In this document: positions 10,738-22,114 of the stretch, one piece after another | Numbering within the stretch: the first letter of the stretch is position 1 | How the letters are laid out: each line of letters opens with the position of its first letter | Translations under genes and position numbers: made by a program | Source of the DNA: Methanothrix sp. | GTDB taxonomy: Archaea; Halobacteriota; Methanosarcinia; Methanotrichales; Methanotrichaceae | DNA length: 64,000 bases | NCBI GenBank assembly: GCA_963682135.1 | Contig: OY821645.1 | Location: forward strand, 128,001-192,000 | Reading direction: 5' to 3' | Notes under the pieces: generated by a model | Told to the model about the DNA's origin: nothing | Databases searched by the model: none | The model's input: only the letters and a program-made list of their open reading frames with translations

Positions 10738-11781
10738 ATGGCGTCTCAGTTAATTGATGGAAACAAAGCCGTGATCGTGGGTGCTCTTTACGCTGGGTGT
10801 GACTGCTTCTTTGGCTACCCAATTACACCCGCCAGCGAGATATTGCATGAAGCTTCTCGTTATTTCCCCAAAGTGGGCCGTAAGTTTGTGCAGGCTGAAT
10901 CGGAAGAAGCAGCAATTAATATGGTCTACGGGGCGGCAGGTGCAGGGCACCGAGTGCTTGCGGCATCTTCCGGCCCGGGCATGAGCCTCAAGCAGGAGGG
11001 GATAACATATATCGCCGGTGCAGAGCTTCCCTGCGTTATTGTAGATATCTGTCGGGCGGGGCCGGGCCTGGGCAACATCGGGCCGGAGCAATCGGACTAC
11101 AATCAAGCTTGCAAAGGTGGGGGGCATGGCTGTTATCATAACATTGTTCTGGCACCGGCAAGTGTGCAGGAGATGTGCGACCTTACTCGCAAGGGTTTCC
11201 TTCTGGCCTTTAAATACAGAAATCCAGTAGTGGTTTTGGCTGACGGAGTGCTGGGGCACATGGTCGAACCTCTGGAGTTTCCCAAAGAGGCGCTCGCACC
11301 AACCATTGACACCACCTGGGCAGTGAATGGTCGAGCCGAGACAAGAGGCAATCTGATAACCTCAATTATGCTCAACTTCGATGAGATGGAGAGGCACAAC
11401 TACAAGCTGCAAGAGAAGTATGAACGCATAAAGAAGAATGAAGTGGCATGGGAGGGCTATCGGCTGGAGGATGCCAGTGTGGTGCTGGTCTCCTACGGCA
11501 TCAGCAGCAGGATCGCCAGGTCAGCAGTGGATGCTGCACGAAAAGAGGGCATCAAGGCCGGTCTCTTCCGGCCCATCACTCTCTTCCCCTTCCCGGAAAA
11601 GGCGGTGCGTGCGCTGGCCGAGCGCGGCTGCAAGTTCATCTCCGTGGAGATGAGCGACGGACAGATGCGTGAGGACATTCGCCTTGCCACCGGCTGCATG
11701 CCGGTAGAGCTGGTCTGCCGCTACGGAGGAAATTTGATCGGCATGGATTCTGTCTTGGAGAAGATAAGGGAGGTGGCTTAG
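10738..11781 (+). CDS. vorB: 2-oxoisovalerate:ferredoxin oxidoreductase subunit VorB
   Basis: [47 protein letters not shown]. Confidence 0.92.
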   Translation: MASQLIDGNKAVIVGALYAGCDCFFGYPITPASEILHEASRYFPKVGRKFVQAESEEAAINMVYGAAGAGHRVLAASSGPGMSLKQEGITYIAGAELPCVIVDICRAGPGLGNIGPEQSDYNQACKGGGHGCYHNIVLAPASVQEMCDLTRKGFLLAFKYRNPVVVLADGVLGHMVEPLEFPKEALAPTIDTTWAVNGRAETRGNLITSIMLNFDEMERHNYKLQEKYERIKKNEVAWEGYRLEDASVVLVSYGISSRIARSAVDAARKEGIKAGLFRPITLFPFPEKAVRALAERGCKFISVEMSDGQMREDIRLATGCMPVELVCRYGGNLIGMDSVLEKIREVA

Positions 11782-11783
11782 AG

Positions 11784-13229
11784 ATGGCAGCAATAGAGAA
11801 GGTGATCGGAGGTCATCCCGGCATATATGCAAAGTTTCCCAGGAAGGGGGGGGCCGCACCTACTGCCACCCATTACTGTCCTGGTTGTGGCCACGGCATT
11901 TTGCATAAGCTCATCGGTGAGGCTATGGCTGACCTTGGCATCCAGGATCGGTGTGTCGTGATCAGTCCTGTGGGATGCGCCGTTTTCGCCTACTACTATT
12001 TGGATTGCGGTCATATGCAGGCCGCCCATGGTCGCGCTCCGGCTATCGCTACAGGTATATCGCGGTCCGAGGACAACGCCATCATCATCTCCTACCAGGG
12101 AGACGGCGATCTGGCCTCGATTGGACTGAACGAGACCATTCAGGCTGCCAATCGGGGCGAGAAGCTGGCTGTATTCTTCGTCAACAACAGCGTCTACGGC
12201 ATGACCGGCGGCCAGATGGCACCTACTACCTTGATTGGAGAGGTCACGGCCACCACTCCAGGCGGGCGCATTGCCAGCGAACAGGGCTATCCCATTCACA
12301 TCTGCGAACTGCTGGATACGCTAAAAGCACCGGTATTCATCGAGCGAGCATCGCTTTCGGACATCGAGCATATCAGAAAAGCACGCCGGGCAGTCAAAAA
12401 GGCTCTGGAGATTCAGAGGGACAAGAAAGGATACGCCTTTGTGGAGCTGCTTTCCCCCTGCCCCACTATCTTGAGGATGGATGCCAAGGCCATAGCCAAT
12501 TTCGTCAATGAGCAGATGGAAAAGGAGTTTCCGCTAAAGCGATTCCGGGACAGATCCGCCGAAGCACAGGCCATAACCAGGGCTGAGAGTGACTTTTCTC
12601 AAGAAGCACTGGATAAGACCTTTGGCTGTGAGAGCGGGATATGCGTTTCGTTCCAGGAGGACCCGGAGTTTGCGGCCAAGGGCGTGAAGATCGCCGGCTT
12701 TGGAGGACAGGGCGTGTTGAGCATGGGCCTGACCCTGGCCCAGGCAGGCTTTGGCAGCGGACGCTATGTTTCTTACTATCCCGACTACGGACCGGAGCAG
12801 AGGGGCGGAACCTCGAATTGTACTGTGGTCATTTCCGGCCGGCCCATCGGCTCGCCGGTGGTGGACCATCCCGACGTGCTGGTGGCCTTCAACCGCCCGT
12901 CTCTGGAGAAGTTTGCGCCCACCGTCAAGAAGGGCGGAGTGATTCTCTATGACTCTTTAGCCGGACAATTCCAGGCACCGGAGGGCGTGAAAGCCATATC
13001 CGTTCCGGCCACGGGGATCGCTACAGAACGTGGGACTCCGCAGGCGACCAATACGGCTATGCTCGGAGCCCTGATGCAGGCGGGAAAGCTGGGTCTGCCC
13101 CATGAGGCTTATGGGAATGCCTTCCGCGTGACTTTTGCCAAGAAGCCCAAGCTCGTTACCAAGAACCTGGATATTCTGGAGGCAGGAGCGCAGGCTGCTA
13201 AGGTTCTGGAGATGGCAGCGAAAAAGTGA
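11784..13229 (+). CDS. vorA: 2-oxoisovalerate:ferredoxin oxidoreductase subunit VorA (TPP-binding plus gamma domain)
   Basis: [36 protein letters not shown]. Confidence 0.92.
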   Translation: MAAIEKVIGGHPGIYAKFPRKGGAAPTATHYCPGCGHGILHKLIGEAMADLGIQDRCVVISPVGCAVFAYYYLDCGHMQAAHGRAPAIATGISRSEDNAIIISYQGDGDLASIGLNETIQAANRGEKLAVFFVNNSVYGMTGGQMAPTTLIGEVTATTPGGRIASEQGYPIHICELLDTLKAPVFIERASLSDIEHIRKARRAVKKALEIQRDKKGYAFVELLSPCPTILRMDAKAIANFVNEQMEKEFPLKRFRDRSAEAQAITRAESDFSQEALDKTFGCESGICVSFQEDPEFAAKGVKIAGFGGQGVLSMGLTLAQAGFGSGRYVSYYPDYGPEQRGGTSNCTVVISGRPIGSPVVDHPDVLVAFNRPSLEKFAPTVKKGGVILYDSLAGQFQAPEGVKAISVPATGIATERGTPQATNTAMLGALMQAGKLGLPHEAYGNAFRVTFAKKPKLVTKNLDILEAGAQAAKVLEMAAKK

Positions 13230-13328
13230 GGAATTGGTTGGCCCACTCGCAGGGCGGGTGGGATGATTTTCGTTTTTTTGCAATTCGGGACTCTACATTT
13301 ATCACTGAGAAGCAATAAGGGATAGAAT

Positions 13329-14339
13329 ATGGGAGTTGATTTGGGAGACCTGTTGCATCGAAAGAAGATCGAGATAAAGGACCTCTCCGGAAGATGGGTG
13401 GCAATCGATGCCTTCAACACCCTCTACCAGTTCCTGAGCATAATCCGGCAAAAGGACGGCACGCCGCTCATGGACAGCCAGGGAAGGGTGACCTCGCATC
13501 TATCCGGTTTATTATATCGCACCACTAATCTCATTGAAGCCGGGGTTAAGGTGGCCTTTATCTTCGACGGAAAGCCGCCCACCTTTAAAGCTGAAACGCT
13601 TGCGCAGAGGTCAGAGGCTAGGGAGAAGGCAGCATCCGCCTGGGAAGAGGCAAAAGCAGCCGGCCAGGATGGATTCAAGTATGCTCAGGCGGCCTCCCGC
13701 ATCAACTCCGAGATCCTGGAGGACGGAAGAAGGCTGATCTCAGCCATGGGGCTTCCCGTCATTCAGGCCCCATCGGAGGGCGAGGCGCAGGCTGCCAGCA
13801 TGTGCGCCAGGGGAGACGTTGAACTGGTGGGAAGCCAGGACTACGATTCGCTCCTCTTCGGGGCACCTCAGGTGGTGAGGAATCTGGCCATCACCGGCAA
13901 ACGAAAGCTTCCCAAGAAGAACATTTACGTGGATGTGGAGCCGGAGATTATCAATTTAGAGGAAGGGCTGGCACGCCTGGGCATCAGCCGAAAGCAGCTT
14001 GTGGAGATCGGCATTATGTGCGGCACCGACTACAACGCCGGATTAACCCGGGTCGGCCCAAAGACGGCTCTAAAACTTATCAGGGAAAAGAGAGACCTGG
14101 AATCCATCCTGGCCGAACAGGAAGAGATGATCGAAAGCTTCGCACAGATTAGGGAGTTCTTCCTTCATCCCGATGTCACAGATGATTACGAGATCAAGAT
14201 GAAAAAGCCCTGCGTGGATGAGATAGTCTCCTTCCTGGTTTCTGAGAGGGATTTTGATCAGGAAAGAGTTGAAAAAACAGCATTGCGGCTGGAGGAGGTT
14301 TACAGACGTGGCCAGAGCACCCTCGACCGATGGTTCTAG
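13329..14339 (+). CDS. fen: Flap endonuclease-1
   Basis: MGVDLG, IDAFNTLYQFL, SEGEAQA, GTDYN, C-terminal PIP box QSTLDRWF. Confidence 0.97.
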   Translation: MGVDLGDLLHRKKIEIKDLSGRWVAIDAFNTLYQFLSIIRQKDGTPLMDSQGRVTSHLSGLLYRTTNLIEAGVKVAFIFDGKPPTFKAETLAQRSEAREKAASAWEEAKAAGQDGFKYAQAASRINSEILEDGRRLISAMGLPVIQAPSEGEAQAASMCARGDVELVGSQDYDSLLFGAPQVVRNLAITGKRKLPKKNIYVDVEPEIINLEEGLARLGISRKQLVEIGIMCGTDYNAGLTRVGPKTALKLIREKRDLESILAEQEEMIESFAQIREFFLHPDVTDDYEIKMKKPCVDEIVSFLVSERDFDQERVEKTALRLEEVYRRGQSTLDRWF

Positions 14340-15330
14340 CTGCACCGTCTCCGCCATCTCCGGCTACGACCTTGACCTGGATAAGGCTATTGATCTTATC
14401 CGGAAGAGCGGGGCGCGCCTTGTGGGATTGCAGGCTCCGGAAGGGCTGAAGAGAGCCATCCCTGCTCTGGCTCGATGCATTGAGGAGAGGACTGGAGCGA
14501 AGGTCATAATCTCTGGTGACCCTTGCTTCGGGGCCTGCGACGTTGATATGCAGCTGGCCCAGGAGGTGGATCTGATGCTCCATCTGGGCCATGCACAGCT
14601 TGAGGAAGGGCCCGGCAATGTCATCTTTCTGGAGGCCAGAATGAGAGAGGACCTAAGAGTGGTGGTGGAGAAGGCCGCCCAGGTCCTCAAGGCCAGAAGA
14701 GTAGGCGTTACTACTACCATTCAACATGTGCACAAGCTTGACCAGGCACTGGAGGCCCTCAAGAAGCAAGGCATCCAGGGCCTTGTCGGACCGGCAGGGG
14801 GCCGGATAAACCAGGCGGGCCAGGTACTGGGCTGCTGCTACTGCACAGCCCGGAACCTGGATGTGGAGGAGTATCTCTTCATCGGCACGGGGCAGTTTCA
14901 TCCTTTGGGCATCGCTCTGGCCACAGGCAAGCGAGTGGTAATCGCAGACCCGGCTAGCGGCGAAGTATCGGAAATCGATACCGATCCCATGCTTCGCAGA
15001 CGATTTGGGGCCATCGCACGGGCAGGGGAAGCAAAGCGTTTCGCTGTCCTGGTTTCAAAGAAACCCGGACAAAAACGGATGGATCTGGCAAAAAAGCTCA
15101 AGACCCTGGGAGAAGCCAGGGGATTGGAGATGTTTCTGGTCTATTTGGACAACATCGAGCCTGACAGGCTGCTAAACCTGGGAGCAGAGGCGGCAGTCTC
15201 CACTGCCTGCCCGAGAGTAGCTCTGGATGATGCAGCCAAGTACAGGATACCAATCCTCACGCCGCCCGAGTTCGAGGTGCTGCTGGGGGAGAGGAAGTGG
15301 GAGGATTACAGCTTTGATGAGATAGAATAG
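14308..15330 (+). CDS. dph2: Diphthamide biosynthesis protein Dph2
   Basis: GLQAPEGLK, PCFGACD, GQVLGC, TACPR; start moved to GTG 14308, which follows GGAGGAGG. Confidence 0.93.
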   Translation: MARAPSTDGSSCTVSAISGYDLDLDKAIDLIRKSGARLVGLQAPEGLKRAIPALARCIEERTGAKVIISGDPCFGACDVDMQLAQEVDLMLHLGHAQLEEGPGNVIFLEARMREDLRVVVEKAAQVLKARRVGVTTTIQHVHKLDQALEALKKQGIQGLVGPAGGRINQAGQVLGCCYCTARNLDVEEYLFIGTGQFHPLGIALATGKRVVIADPASGEVSEIDTDPMLRRRFGAIARAGEAKRFAVLVSKKPGQKRMDLAKKLKTLGEARGLEMFLVYLDNIEPDRLLNLGAEAAVSTACPRVALDDAAKYRIPILTPPEFEVLLGERKWEDYSFDEIE

Positions 15331-15464
15331 ATCTATTTAGCAGAATATGATCTGTTCAATATTTTTTATTAAGTGGCCGCTCTAACAAATCGGAATATGT
15401 TATTGATTAATTAGCGATTCTTGCATAATGGCATAGAAAACGAAACGCGAAGGAGGCATGGAAG

Positions 15465-16733
15465 ATGAAGTATTATTTAATTTTGTGCTATTTGATCTGC
15501 ATTATGGCTGCAGCTAATGCAGGATACGGAGCAGATTCTGAGGCGCAGGATATCAGGATAGGTGTAATGCTCCCCATTACAGGGGACTGGTCTTCACAGG
15601 GGGCCATATCGAATGTTGCACTGGGCATTGCCGATGATGATGTAAACAGTCTCCTGAAGGATATCGGCTCTTCTTGGAGGGTTAATCTAACTACTGAAGA
15701 TACTGGGACGGATCCTGAGACTGCTCTACGGGAACTGAAAAATCTTGGCGGGCAGGGGATACGTCTGGTAATTGCTGCTGTATCCAGCTCTGAGCTGTAT
15801 GCTATGAAAGATTACGCTAATGCCAATAATATAATGATAATAGGAACTGCCAGTACATCCCCAACTCTTGCAATACCTGAAGACAACGTTATCAGGCTGG
15901 TTCCAGATGATGTAAATCAGGGCAAAGCTATGGCAGAGTTGCTAAAATTGGAGAATATCACTGCGATAGTCCCCATAACCAGAGGAGATGTTTGGGGAGA
16001 GGGACTGCTAAATGCCACCAAATCTAGTTTTGAGGGCTATGGAGGAGTTGTGCTGGAAGGCGTGAGCTACGAGCCGGGAACTGACCTTTCTTCTGGGATC
16101 AATAAATTGAGTGCCATTGTAAAGGAGAGCAAGAGCAGATTTAGTCCCGCTGGAATAGGCGTCTACATGGTCTCATTTGACGAGGCAATACCTCTAATGG
16201 CTATGGCTTCCAGAGATCCTGAGCTATCATCGGTGAGATGGTTTGGATCAGATGGAATGGCGAATGGCTCCAGCTTAGTTGAGAACTCCACTGCCGCAGA
16301 ATTCGCCTGCAAAACAGGACTGATCTGCCCCATCTATGGAGTTCTACCTGGACAATTCATCCGGAATATGAGTGATTACGAAAATGTTATCGAGGTGATC
16401 AAGCAGAAGACCGGCTCCTCGCCCAGCGGCTATGCCTTGGCGTCTTACGACGCGCTATGGATCGCATCTGAATCCATGATTTTAAGCGGATCCGGCAACA
16501 CATCTCAGCTTAAGGAAGCTATTACCAACATCGCCAATAGGTTCACTGGAATTACAGGACCGCTCAGCATAAATAATGCAGGGGACAGAGAATCAGCGAC
16601 ATATCAATTTCTGGAAGTAAATAAAACCGACAACAATTACGTCTGGCAGATAGCGGGAGACTTCAGATCAGGACCAAGTGGCGGAGTGCTCAATTTCAAT
16701 GGACAGACCGCAAAGGTAAGGACTGTGCACTAA
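15465..16733 (+). CDS. ABC-type substrate-binding protein (branched-chain amino acid/LivJ-like fold), no permease genes nearby
   Basis: Signal peptide; IRIGVMLPITG, ASYDALW, FTGITG...GDR. Confidence 0.88.
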   Translation: MKYYLILCYLICIMAAANAGYGADSEAQDIRIGVMLPITGDWSSQGAISNVALGIADDDVNSLLKDIGSSWRVNLTTEDTGTDPETALRELKNLGGQGIRLVIAAVSSSELYAMKDYANANNIMIIGTASTSPTLAIPEDNVIRLVPDDVNQGKAMAELLKLENITAIVPITRGDVWGEGLLNATKSSFEGYGGVVLEGVSYEPGTDLSSGINKLSAIVKESKSRFSPAGIGVYMVSFDEAIPLMAMASRDPELSSVRWFGSDGMANGSSLVENSTAAEFACKTGLICPIYGVLPGQFIRNMSDYENVIEVIKQKTGSSPSGYALASYDALWIASESMILSGSGNTSQLKEAITNIANRFTGITGPLSINNAGDRESATYQFLEVNKTDNNYVWQIAGDFRSGPSGGVLNFNGQTAKVRTVH

Positions 16734-16949
16734 TGAAGATTGGCTCTTCGCTGGGTCGTTTAGGCTGGACTTTGCGGAGAAATCTGATGCGGATAGTCCT
16801 TTATTCCTTTTTGTCTTTCAATAGCAGCGCTGCTCTCCTCGCGTTCTGCCCTGTATGAGCCACACCTGATAGACACACCTGCAATTCGAATCGACTATCA
16901 CCCGCAGGCGAAACCTTGGTTGGGGAAAACAAGCAGGCTCGGGAAGCCG

Positions 16950-17224
16950 GGGAATAAATCGACTGGCTATGATCCTTACGATTACTACGACATCGGCAAC
17001 TTCGATCAGAAAGGCGGTAGATCTACATGGTTCGGTTCCAAGGCAGATCCGATTGATCTTATTGAAACTGCGCACAACCATGGATGCAGGTCTACGCTGA
17101 TATGGCCTTCAACCATAATAGCGGGGGAGAGGCAGAGAAGCAGAATCCCATCGATTCCAAGATGCGTTGGACCCAATTTCGACCTGAGTGCGGACAATTC
17201 CACCGTGATTGGTCCTTGTGTTGA
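16950..17224 (+). pseudogene. GH13 alpha-amylase fragment, frameshifted and truncated
   Basis: GYDPYDYYDIGNFDQKGG..TWFGS..LIETAHNHG, frameshift near 17085, then MQVYADMAFNHNSGG. Confidence 0.85.
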
Positions 17225-17357
17225 ACAACCGCTGCACATGGAATGGCGCATGGGTCCAAACCCGGAGGACCAACGGCGACCGCTGGACTGAACTTTGGGC
17301 GCCACTGCGAGGTTGTGCCGTGTATATCTCACTGTATTAATATATTATGATACTTTG

Positions 17358-18020
17358 CTAACGTCTGGCAGAATCATCGAACGCAATCTTCTTTTCGGTT
17401 TGGAAAGATCCCGAATAGATTTGCTCACTTTTATTCATATTGATCGACCAGCCTCGCATGTTCTTGATATCCCAGAGCCCCTCAAAGGCCAGTGCCGTGT
17501 CATAATGCATTGTATTATTGAAACGATTAACGGACCTGATGATATTACTCTCACTCTTGTCAACATGGCTCAGATTGAACCTCTCGCTCACGCTGGCACC
17601 GATGCCTTTTTCGAATAGCGGCAGTCTCGTGCTCTTGCTATTTTTGAGCAGTCCCCCCGTAAAGACCAGATCGGATTTCTGGGTGAAATCGACCTCTCTG
17701 CCAACCTTATTCAAGTTTCGTATAGATTCGAGGTTGATTGATCCATAGCCTTTCATCCATCCTTTGGAATCAATGGCACGATCGTGAAATGACCCTTTGA
17801 TGGAAACCTCTCCCCTACCACTTACCGTTGATGACTCATCAAAGAAGAATCCTTTATCTGCAGAAGGCTTCTCATTTATATGGTGCCTGAGACCATAGCC
17901 GGGAGTAAAATAGTTCACATTGGGCCCATAATCAGCCGCTTCGACACTGCAAAAAAAGCCCGCTGTCAACGCTAGGGCCATTGCCGCCATGACGATCAGA
18001 CCGAGCAAATTCCCTTTCAC
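17358..18020 (-). CDS. Secreted hypothetical protein
   Basis: 220-aa ORF with a signal peptide. Confidence 0.8.
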   Translation of the reverse strand: MKGNLLGLIVMAAMALALTAGFFCSVEAADYGPNVNYFTPGYGLRHHINEKPSADKGFFFDESSTVSGRGEVSIKGSFHDRAIDSKGWMKGYGSINLESIRNLNKVGREVDFTQKSDLVFTGGLLKNSKSTRLPLFEKGIGASVSERFNLSHVDKSESNIIRSVNRFNNTMHYDTALAFEGLWDIKNMRGWSINMNKSEQIYSGSFQTEKKIAFDDSARR

Positions 18021-18349
18021 TGAAATATCTTGATGGCGAGATGAGATAATTAATCTTTTGATCCAATCTCATCTCGTCGCATATTTCATCTCGTCGCATA
18101 TTATATCTCATTTGCACCCTTGCGCGGCTGGTGATCCGCGGCGCCATCATCCTCTTTCAACTTTTGCAGATTATAGGGAGCTCAAACTCGCCTCGCAGAT
18201 CTAGCTGAAATCGCCCCTCATATACCATTCCTTAGCTTTGGACCGAGCAGCATCTGATTCTCTGCTATTGCCAAGTGCATCATGCTTGCCATGCTCAAAG
18301 AGAGCCATGCTTTTGTAGTACCATGCCCATCTATATTCCGGATTCATAC

Positions 18350-21300
18350 CTATGAACTAAAAATTTCTCTGACAACGTAGTACCTCAAAGAATCTGAATC
18401 TGCCGTCTGGAGATAAATATCTCCTGCCAGAGATACCTGTTTATTCCTGCTCAACTTGATGGGATTGTCTTTGTTGTTCATTGAAATGTGATTCCTATCA
18501 ATCTCAGAGATCACTAACTTGCCGAAGTATGTCTTTTCCTTGATTGGGGTGGGCGAATCGGAAAGCTGCCAGACTCCGTCTATGGTGGCCAGGTCCTGAT
18601 CAGCACCTTTAAAGCCATTCTTGAAATGAACGGCTATAATGACCACGTTTTTAAGATCTCCCACATCTTTTTTGTAGATGTAGGTCTTATCAGCCATGCT
18701 AGCAGCCTCCTGAGAAGGATATATGATTGCAGAATGCATAACAGATCCATTCTTGGACAGTTCCAGATAGATATTGTTGGCGTCAGTGGAAATGGACTTT
18801 ATGGCAAGCTCATAGCCCTCTTCCAGCTTCAAGGGGGTGTTGGTTGTGATTGTCATCTCTGTGTCATCATCCTTGAGGATTTTCAATAGCTGCTTCTTGG
18901 CCAGAGCACTCTTGTCTGTGGACTTATCGAAAAGGAAGGCTTTTGAGGAGTCTGATTCCAGGTTGCCATCTTCGAGGCTCTCATCTCCTCTTTCATATTC
19001 TGCAAAGTACTTCTCCCCTAGAAATCCGATAATTCCATACGATCCCCAATCCTCGAATTCAAAGCTGGTTGTCACGGCACCAGTGGTATATGTAATACCA
19101 TCTGGATCGGCAAGCTTGCCATCGGTGACAGTCATTCTCAGCGATTCCGTCTTAATATTTTTGTCGAGATCATAGTAGAAACCGGCAAAGTTGTCCGCCG
19201 TCCAGTCGTATGTATCCGATGCCACAGCGCCTCTCAGCTCGTAGGTATCGGGGTTGGTGATATCCTTGTAGATATAGTATCTGATACTATCGGCATCGGC
19301 AGTCTTGATTCCCATGCCGGGCATCAGGGAGATGTCCTTATTCCTGCTGAGGGTTAAGTCGTTGTCCTGATTATTCATAGTGACGCTGTCGGGCGTGACT
19401 GTCAGGATAGTCATCTTGCCGTAATTTGTGCCCTTCGACACATCTATTGCCTCATCAGAGAGCTGCCAGATTCCATCGACGGTTGCCAGGTTCAGATCTG
19501 CACCCCGGAAGGCGTTCTTGAAATGAACGGCGACTGTGACCGCATCCTTCGAATTGCCGATATTCTTCTTGTAGATGAAGGTTTTATCAGCCATGTTTGC
19601 GCCATCCCTGGACGGAAAAATCTTCTTTGTGGCCAGCTTTGTACCGTCCTTAGTGAGCGTGAGTGTTACCGTGTTGGCATAGATGTCAATTGAATCGATA
19701 GATATCATGTATCCGTCTTCAAGCGTGAGTGGCGTGCCGCTGGTGACGGTTATTTCAGTACCATCATCTATGAGGATCTTGAGAAGCTTATTGTCGGAGA
19801 GAACATTCTTGACCCCGGATTCCTCGAATAGCCTATCGTCGATGCTGCCGGTGGTATCAAGGTATCCGGCAAAGCATTTCTCCCCCATGAAGCCTATGGC
19901 TCTGTACGAACCCCAATCCTCAAAGGCGAAGTCATTCTTTTGGGCAGTGGTTTGATAAGAAAGCCCATAAGGATAGCTTCCGCTTAACTTGCCTTCCTTC
20001 AAGGTTGCAGTTAGCACCTCCGTACCCACATTGCCGTTAAGATCGTAGTAGAATCCCGCGAAATTCTGGGGATTCCATTCAAAGTCTCCCGTGGCCGCTT
20101 GGCTATGAATCTCGAATAGTTTATCGGATCCGATCGAATATGTGCTCTTCTCAATGAAAGCAGGTTCTGATTTTTGCTTGGCTGCAGTGCTCTTTTTTAT
20201 TGAAGATGATATGGTTTCAAGAATGCCATGTGAATCTGCCTCTTCATCTCCAGCCTCATCCTTGCCAAGCTTTTGCTCAGGTGAAGCTGCGCTTGATACA
20301 GGTTCTCTTATGCCTGTCCCAGGAGCATCAGTCTCCCCGGAAGCATCTGTTGTTGCAGCATATCCTTCAACCTTGGTGAATCCGCAGGGCGATTCGGAGT
20401 TTTGAGACCATGTAGCCGGGTCCGAGTCTTGGACTGTATAGGTGCCTGCCAATATGATTTCATTGGGATGGACAATCCAGTAGCCTTTGGGCACCTTGCC
20501 CTGGTCGAGACTGGTCTCAACCTCCCAGGGTCCATAGAGTTTGCCATAACCATTTCTCAGGCTGATAGTCCCTCCAGGTGCATCTGTGCCATGATTCCAG
20601 TGATAGGTGTCGATGTAGGTAATCATCTGAGGTTTATCGATAGTGAAAAACGGACTGCAGGTTGGATTGTTATCAACAGAGACTTTATTCCAGCTATTGT
20701 AGATCACTTCGCTTTCTTCAGGTTCAGTGACCTCAGTCTTGGAGTGGTATGGTTCCAGGATTGCCTTCTCGGTTTCGACATCAAAGGATTCTTGACTGGA
20801 TAGGCCAGATGTGGTTGCGGTTGCCATCTCACCAGCGTGGACAAGAGTCTCTTCGCCAGTAGCTCTGGACTTGAGGGATGCGGTTCCAGTTAGAACCTTC
20901 AATATTGATGAACTTCCAGTCTCTTCGCAAACAATTGTAGTGCCTTTGATTCCTGCCACTGCTTGGCTCATCTGAATTTCCATCGAGCCATCTTTCAGCA
21001 TTCTTTTGAAATTAATCCAGACTTTGCCACAGACAAGAGCGATTTTGCTGTCTTTCTCAGGCGGCGTGTCTATAATAATTTCAGATTCAGGCTTTAATTC
21101 AAATGTCGTCATATCATCAAAAGATAGTATCGCCCGGCTCTCTTCTGCGGTGCGTATATGATCATATAATTGAATTATTGATTTCAATCCGGCTCCCCGC
21201 CATGCATCCTCATCAGAATCGGGACGAATGTCAACCTGGCCGGTTAAAGCACTGAATCTCACCCCAGAATCACGGGAATACATTGTCTCTGGCAGGTCTC

Positions 21301-21970
21301 CGCCAGAATCTTGTGAGGATTTAGACTCAGACCACCAACTTTTATAGTCGCATGATCCTTGGCAGCAATATTTATCATCGGCAGGCGGAAGTTGTGTATC
21401 TTCCGCCTTAGTCTCTGCGGGAACGGGATTAGGTTTTGCAGGTGCGCCTTGATATTTATAATTGTAAGTAACATAGCCGTGCAGACCGCTTATCAATATA
21501 AAGCTGGTATATATTTCCAGCTCTTCGTCTTGCGAACCATCAGGCACCGTGTAAGTAGCCGTATTTTTTCCCTGTGGATTTGTGGACCGTCCTTCCAAAA
21601 ACATCACGCTATTAGCATAGATCCCCCCACTGATTGGAATATCATTGAAAGGGGAGGTGAAGGTCATAGAAAAGCCGATGTTGCTGCCCGGATCCATATA
21701 ATCCGGAGGTTGCGTCCATGTAACGTCGCTGCTGTGTGTGCCGGATCTTTCCTTGAAGCAATCTGCAGACCACTTTACACTGTCATGCCCCTCGCCGTTG
21801 GTCACGGTAATTGTCTTGTCGATATAGCAGGGAGGAAGGTCAATTTCCTCGTCCCTGGTTATCACTGGATCTCCCTGAAGGTACCATCCGTCACCGTTAT
21901 CCTGCGACCAAGCCAGACTGGATAAGGCGAATAAGGCAAGAAATAGGATCAAATTTAGTCTCTTAATCAT
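18350..21970 (-). CDS. Secreted FecR-domain protein with two C-terminal S-layer duplication (DUF1608-like) domains
   Basis: Signal peptide; IRTAEESRA..AVAGIKGT (FecR-like); two NFAGFYYDL...FEDWGSY..IGF.GEK repeats. Confidence 0.9.
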   Translation of the reverse strand: MIKRLNLILFLALFALSSLAWSQDNGDGWYLQGDPVITRDEEIDLPPCYIDKTITVTNGEGHDSVKWSADCFKERSGTHSSDVTWTQPPDYMDPGSNIGFSMTFTSPFNDIPISGGIYANSVMFLEGRSTNPQGKNTATYTVPDGSQDEELEIYTSFILISGLHGYVTYNYKYQGAPAKPNPVPAETKAEDTQLPPADDKYCCQGSCDYKSWWSESKSSQDSGGDLPETMYSRDSGVRFSALTGQVDIRPDSDEDAWRGAGLKSIIQLYDHIRTAEESRAILSFDDMTTFELKPESEIIIDTPPEKDSKIALVCGKVWINFKRMLKDGSMEIQMSQAVAGIKGTTIVCEETGSSSILKVLTGTASLKSRATGEETLVHAGEMATATTSGLSSQESFDVETEKAILEPYHSKTEVTEPEESEVIYNSWNKVSVDNNPTCSPFFTIDKPQMITYIDTYHWNHGTDAPGGTISLRNGYGKLYGPWEVETSLDQGKVPKGYWIVHPNEIILAGTYTVQDSDPATWSQNSESPCGFTKVEGYAATTDASGETDAPGTGIREPVSSAASPEQKLGKDEAGDEEADSHGILETISSSIKKSTAAKQKSEPAFIEKSTYSIGSDKLFEIHSQAATGDFEWNPQNFAGFYYDLNGNVGTEVLTATLKEGKLSGSYPYGLSYQTTAQKNDFAFEDWGSYRAIGFMGEKCFAGYLDTTGSIDDRLFEESGVKNVLSDNKLLKILIDDGTEITVTSGTPLTLEDGYMISIDSIDIYANTVTLTLTKDGTKLATKKIFPSRDGANMADKTFIYKKNIGNSKDAVTVAVHFKNAFRGADLNLATVDGIWQLSDEAIDVSKGTNYGKMTILTVTPDSVTMNNQDNDLTLSRNKDISLMPGMGIKTADADSIRYYIYKDITNPDTYELRGAVASDTYDWTADNFAGFYYDLDKNIKTESLRMTVTDGKLADPDGITYTTGAVTTSFEFEDWGSYGIIGFLGEKYFAEYERGDESLEDGNLESDSSKAFLFDKSTDKSALAKKQLLKILKDDDTEMTITTNTPLKLEEGYELAIKSISTDANNIYLELSKNGSVMHSAIIYPSQEAASMADKTYIYKKDVGDLKNVVIIAVHFKNGFKGADQDLATIDGVWQLSDSPTPIKEKTYFGKLVISEIDRNHISMNNKDNPIKLSRNKQVSLAGDIYLQTADSDSLRYYVVREIFSS

Positions 21971-22114
21971 AGACAGTTATTTAGATGGAAAGTATATAAT
22001 TATAGCTAAGGCTTGATCTCTGCGGCTGTGGGTTGGATCTGGGTGGCTTGCAGGTCTTTGCACCACTGCAATTGTGCCGGCTGTAACACTGCAAGTCATC
22101 AAGGCCCCTATCAC

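Noticed and set aside
14254-14307. Long fen/dph2 overlap
   Set aside because: GTG 14308 with a strong RBS gives an ordinary short overlap
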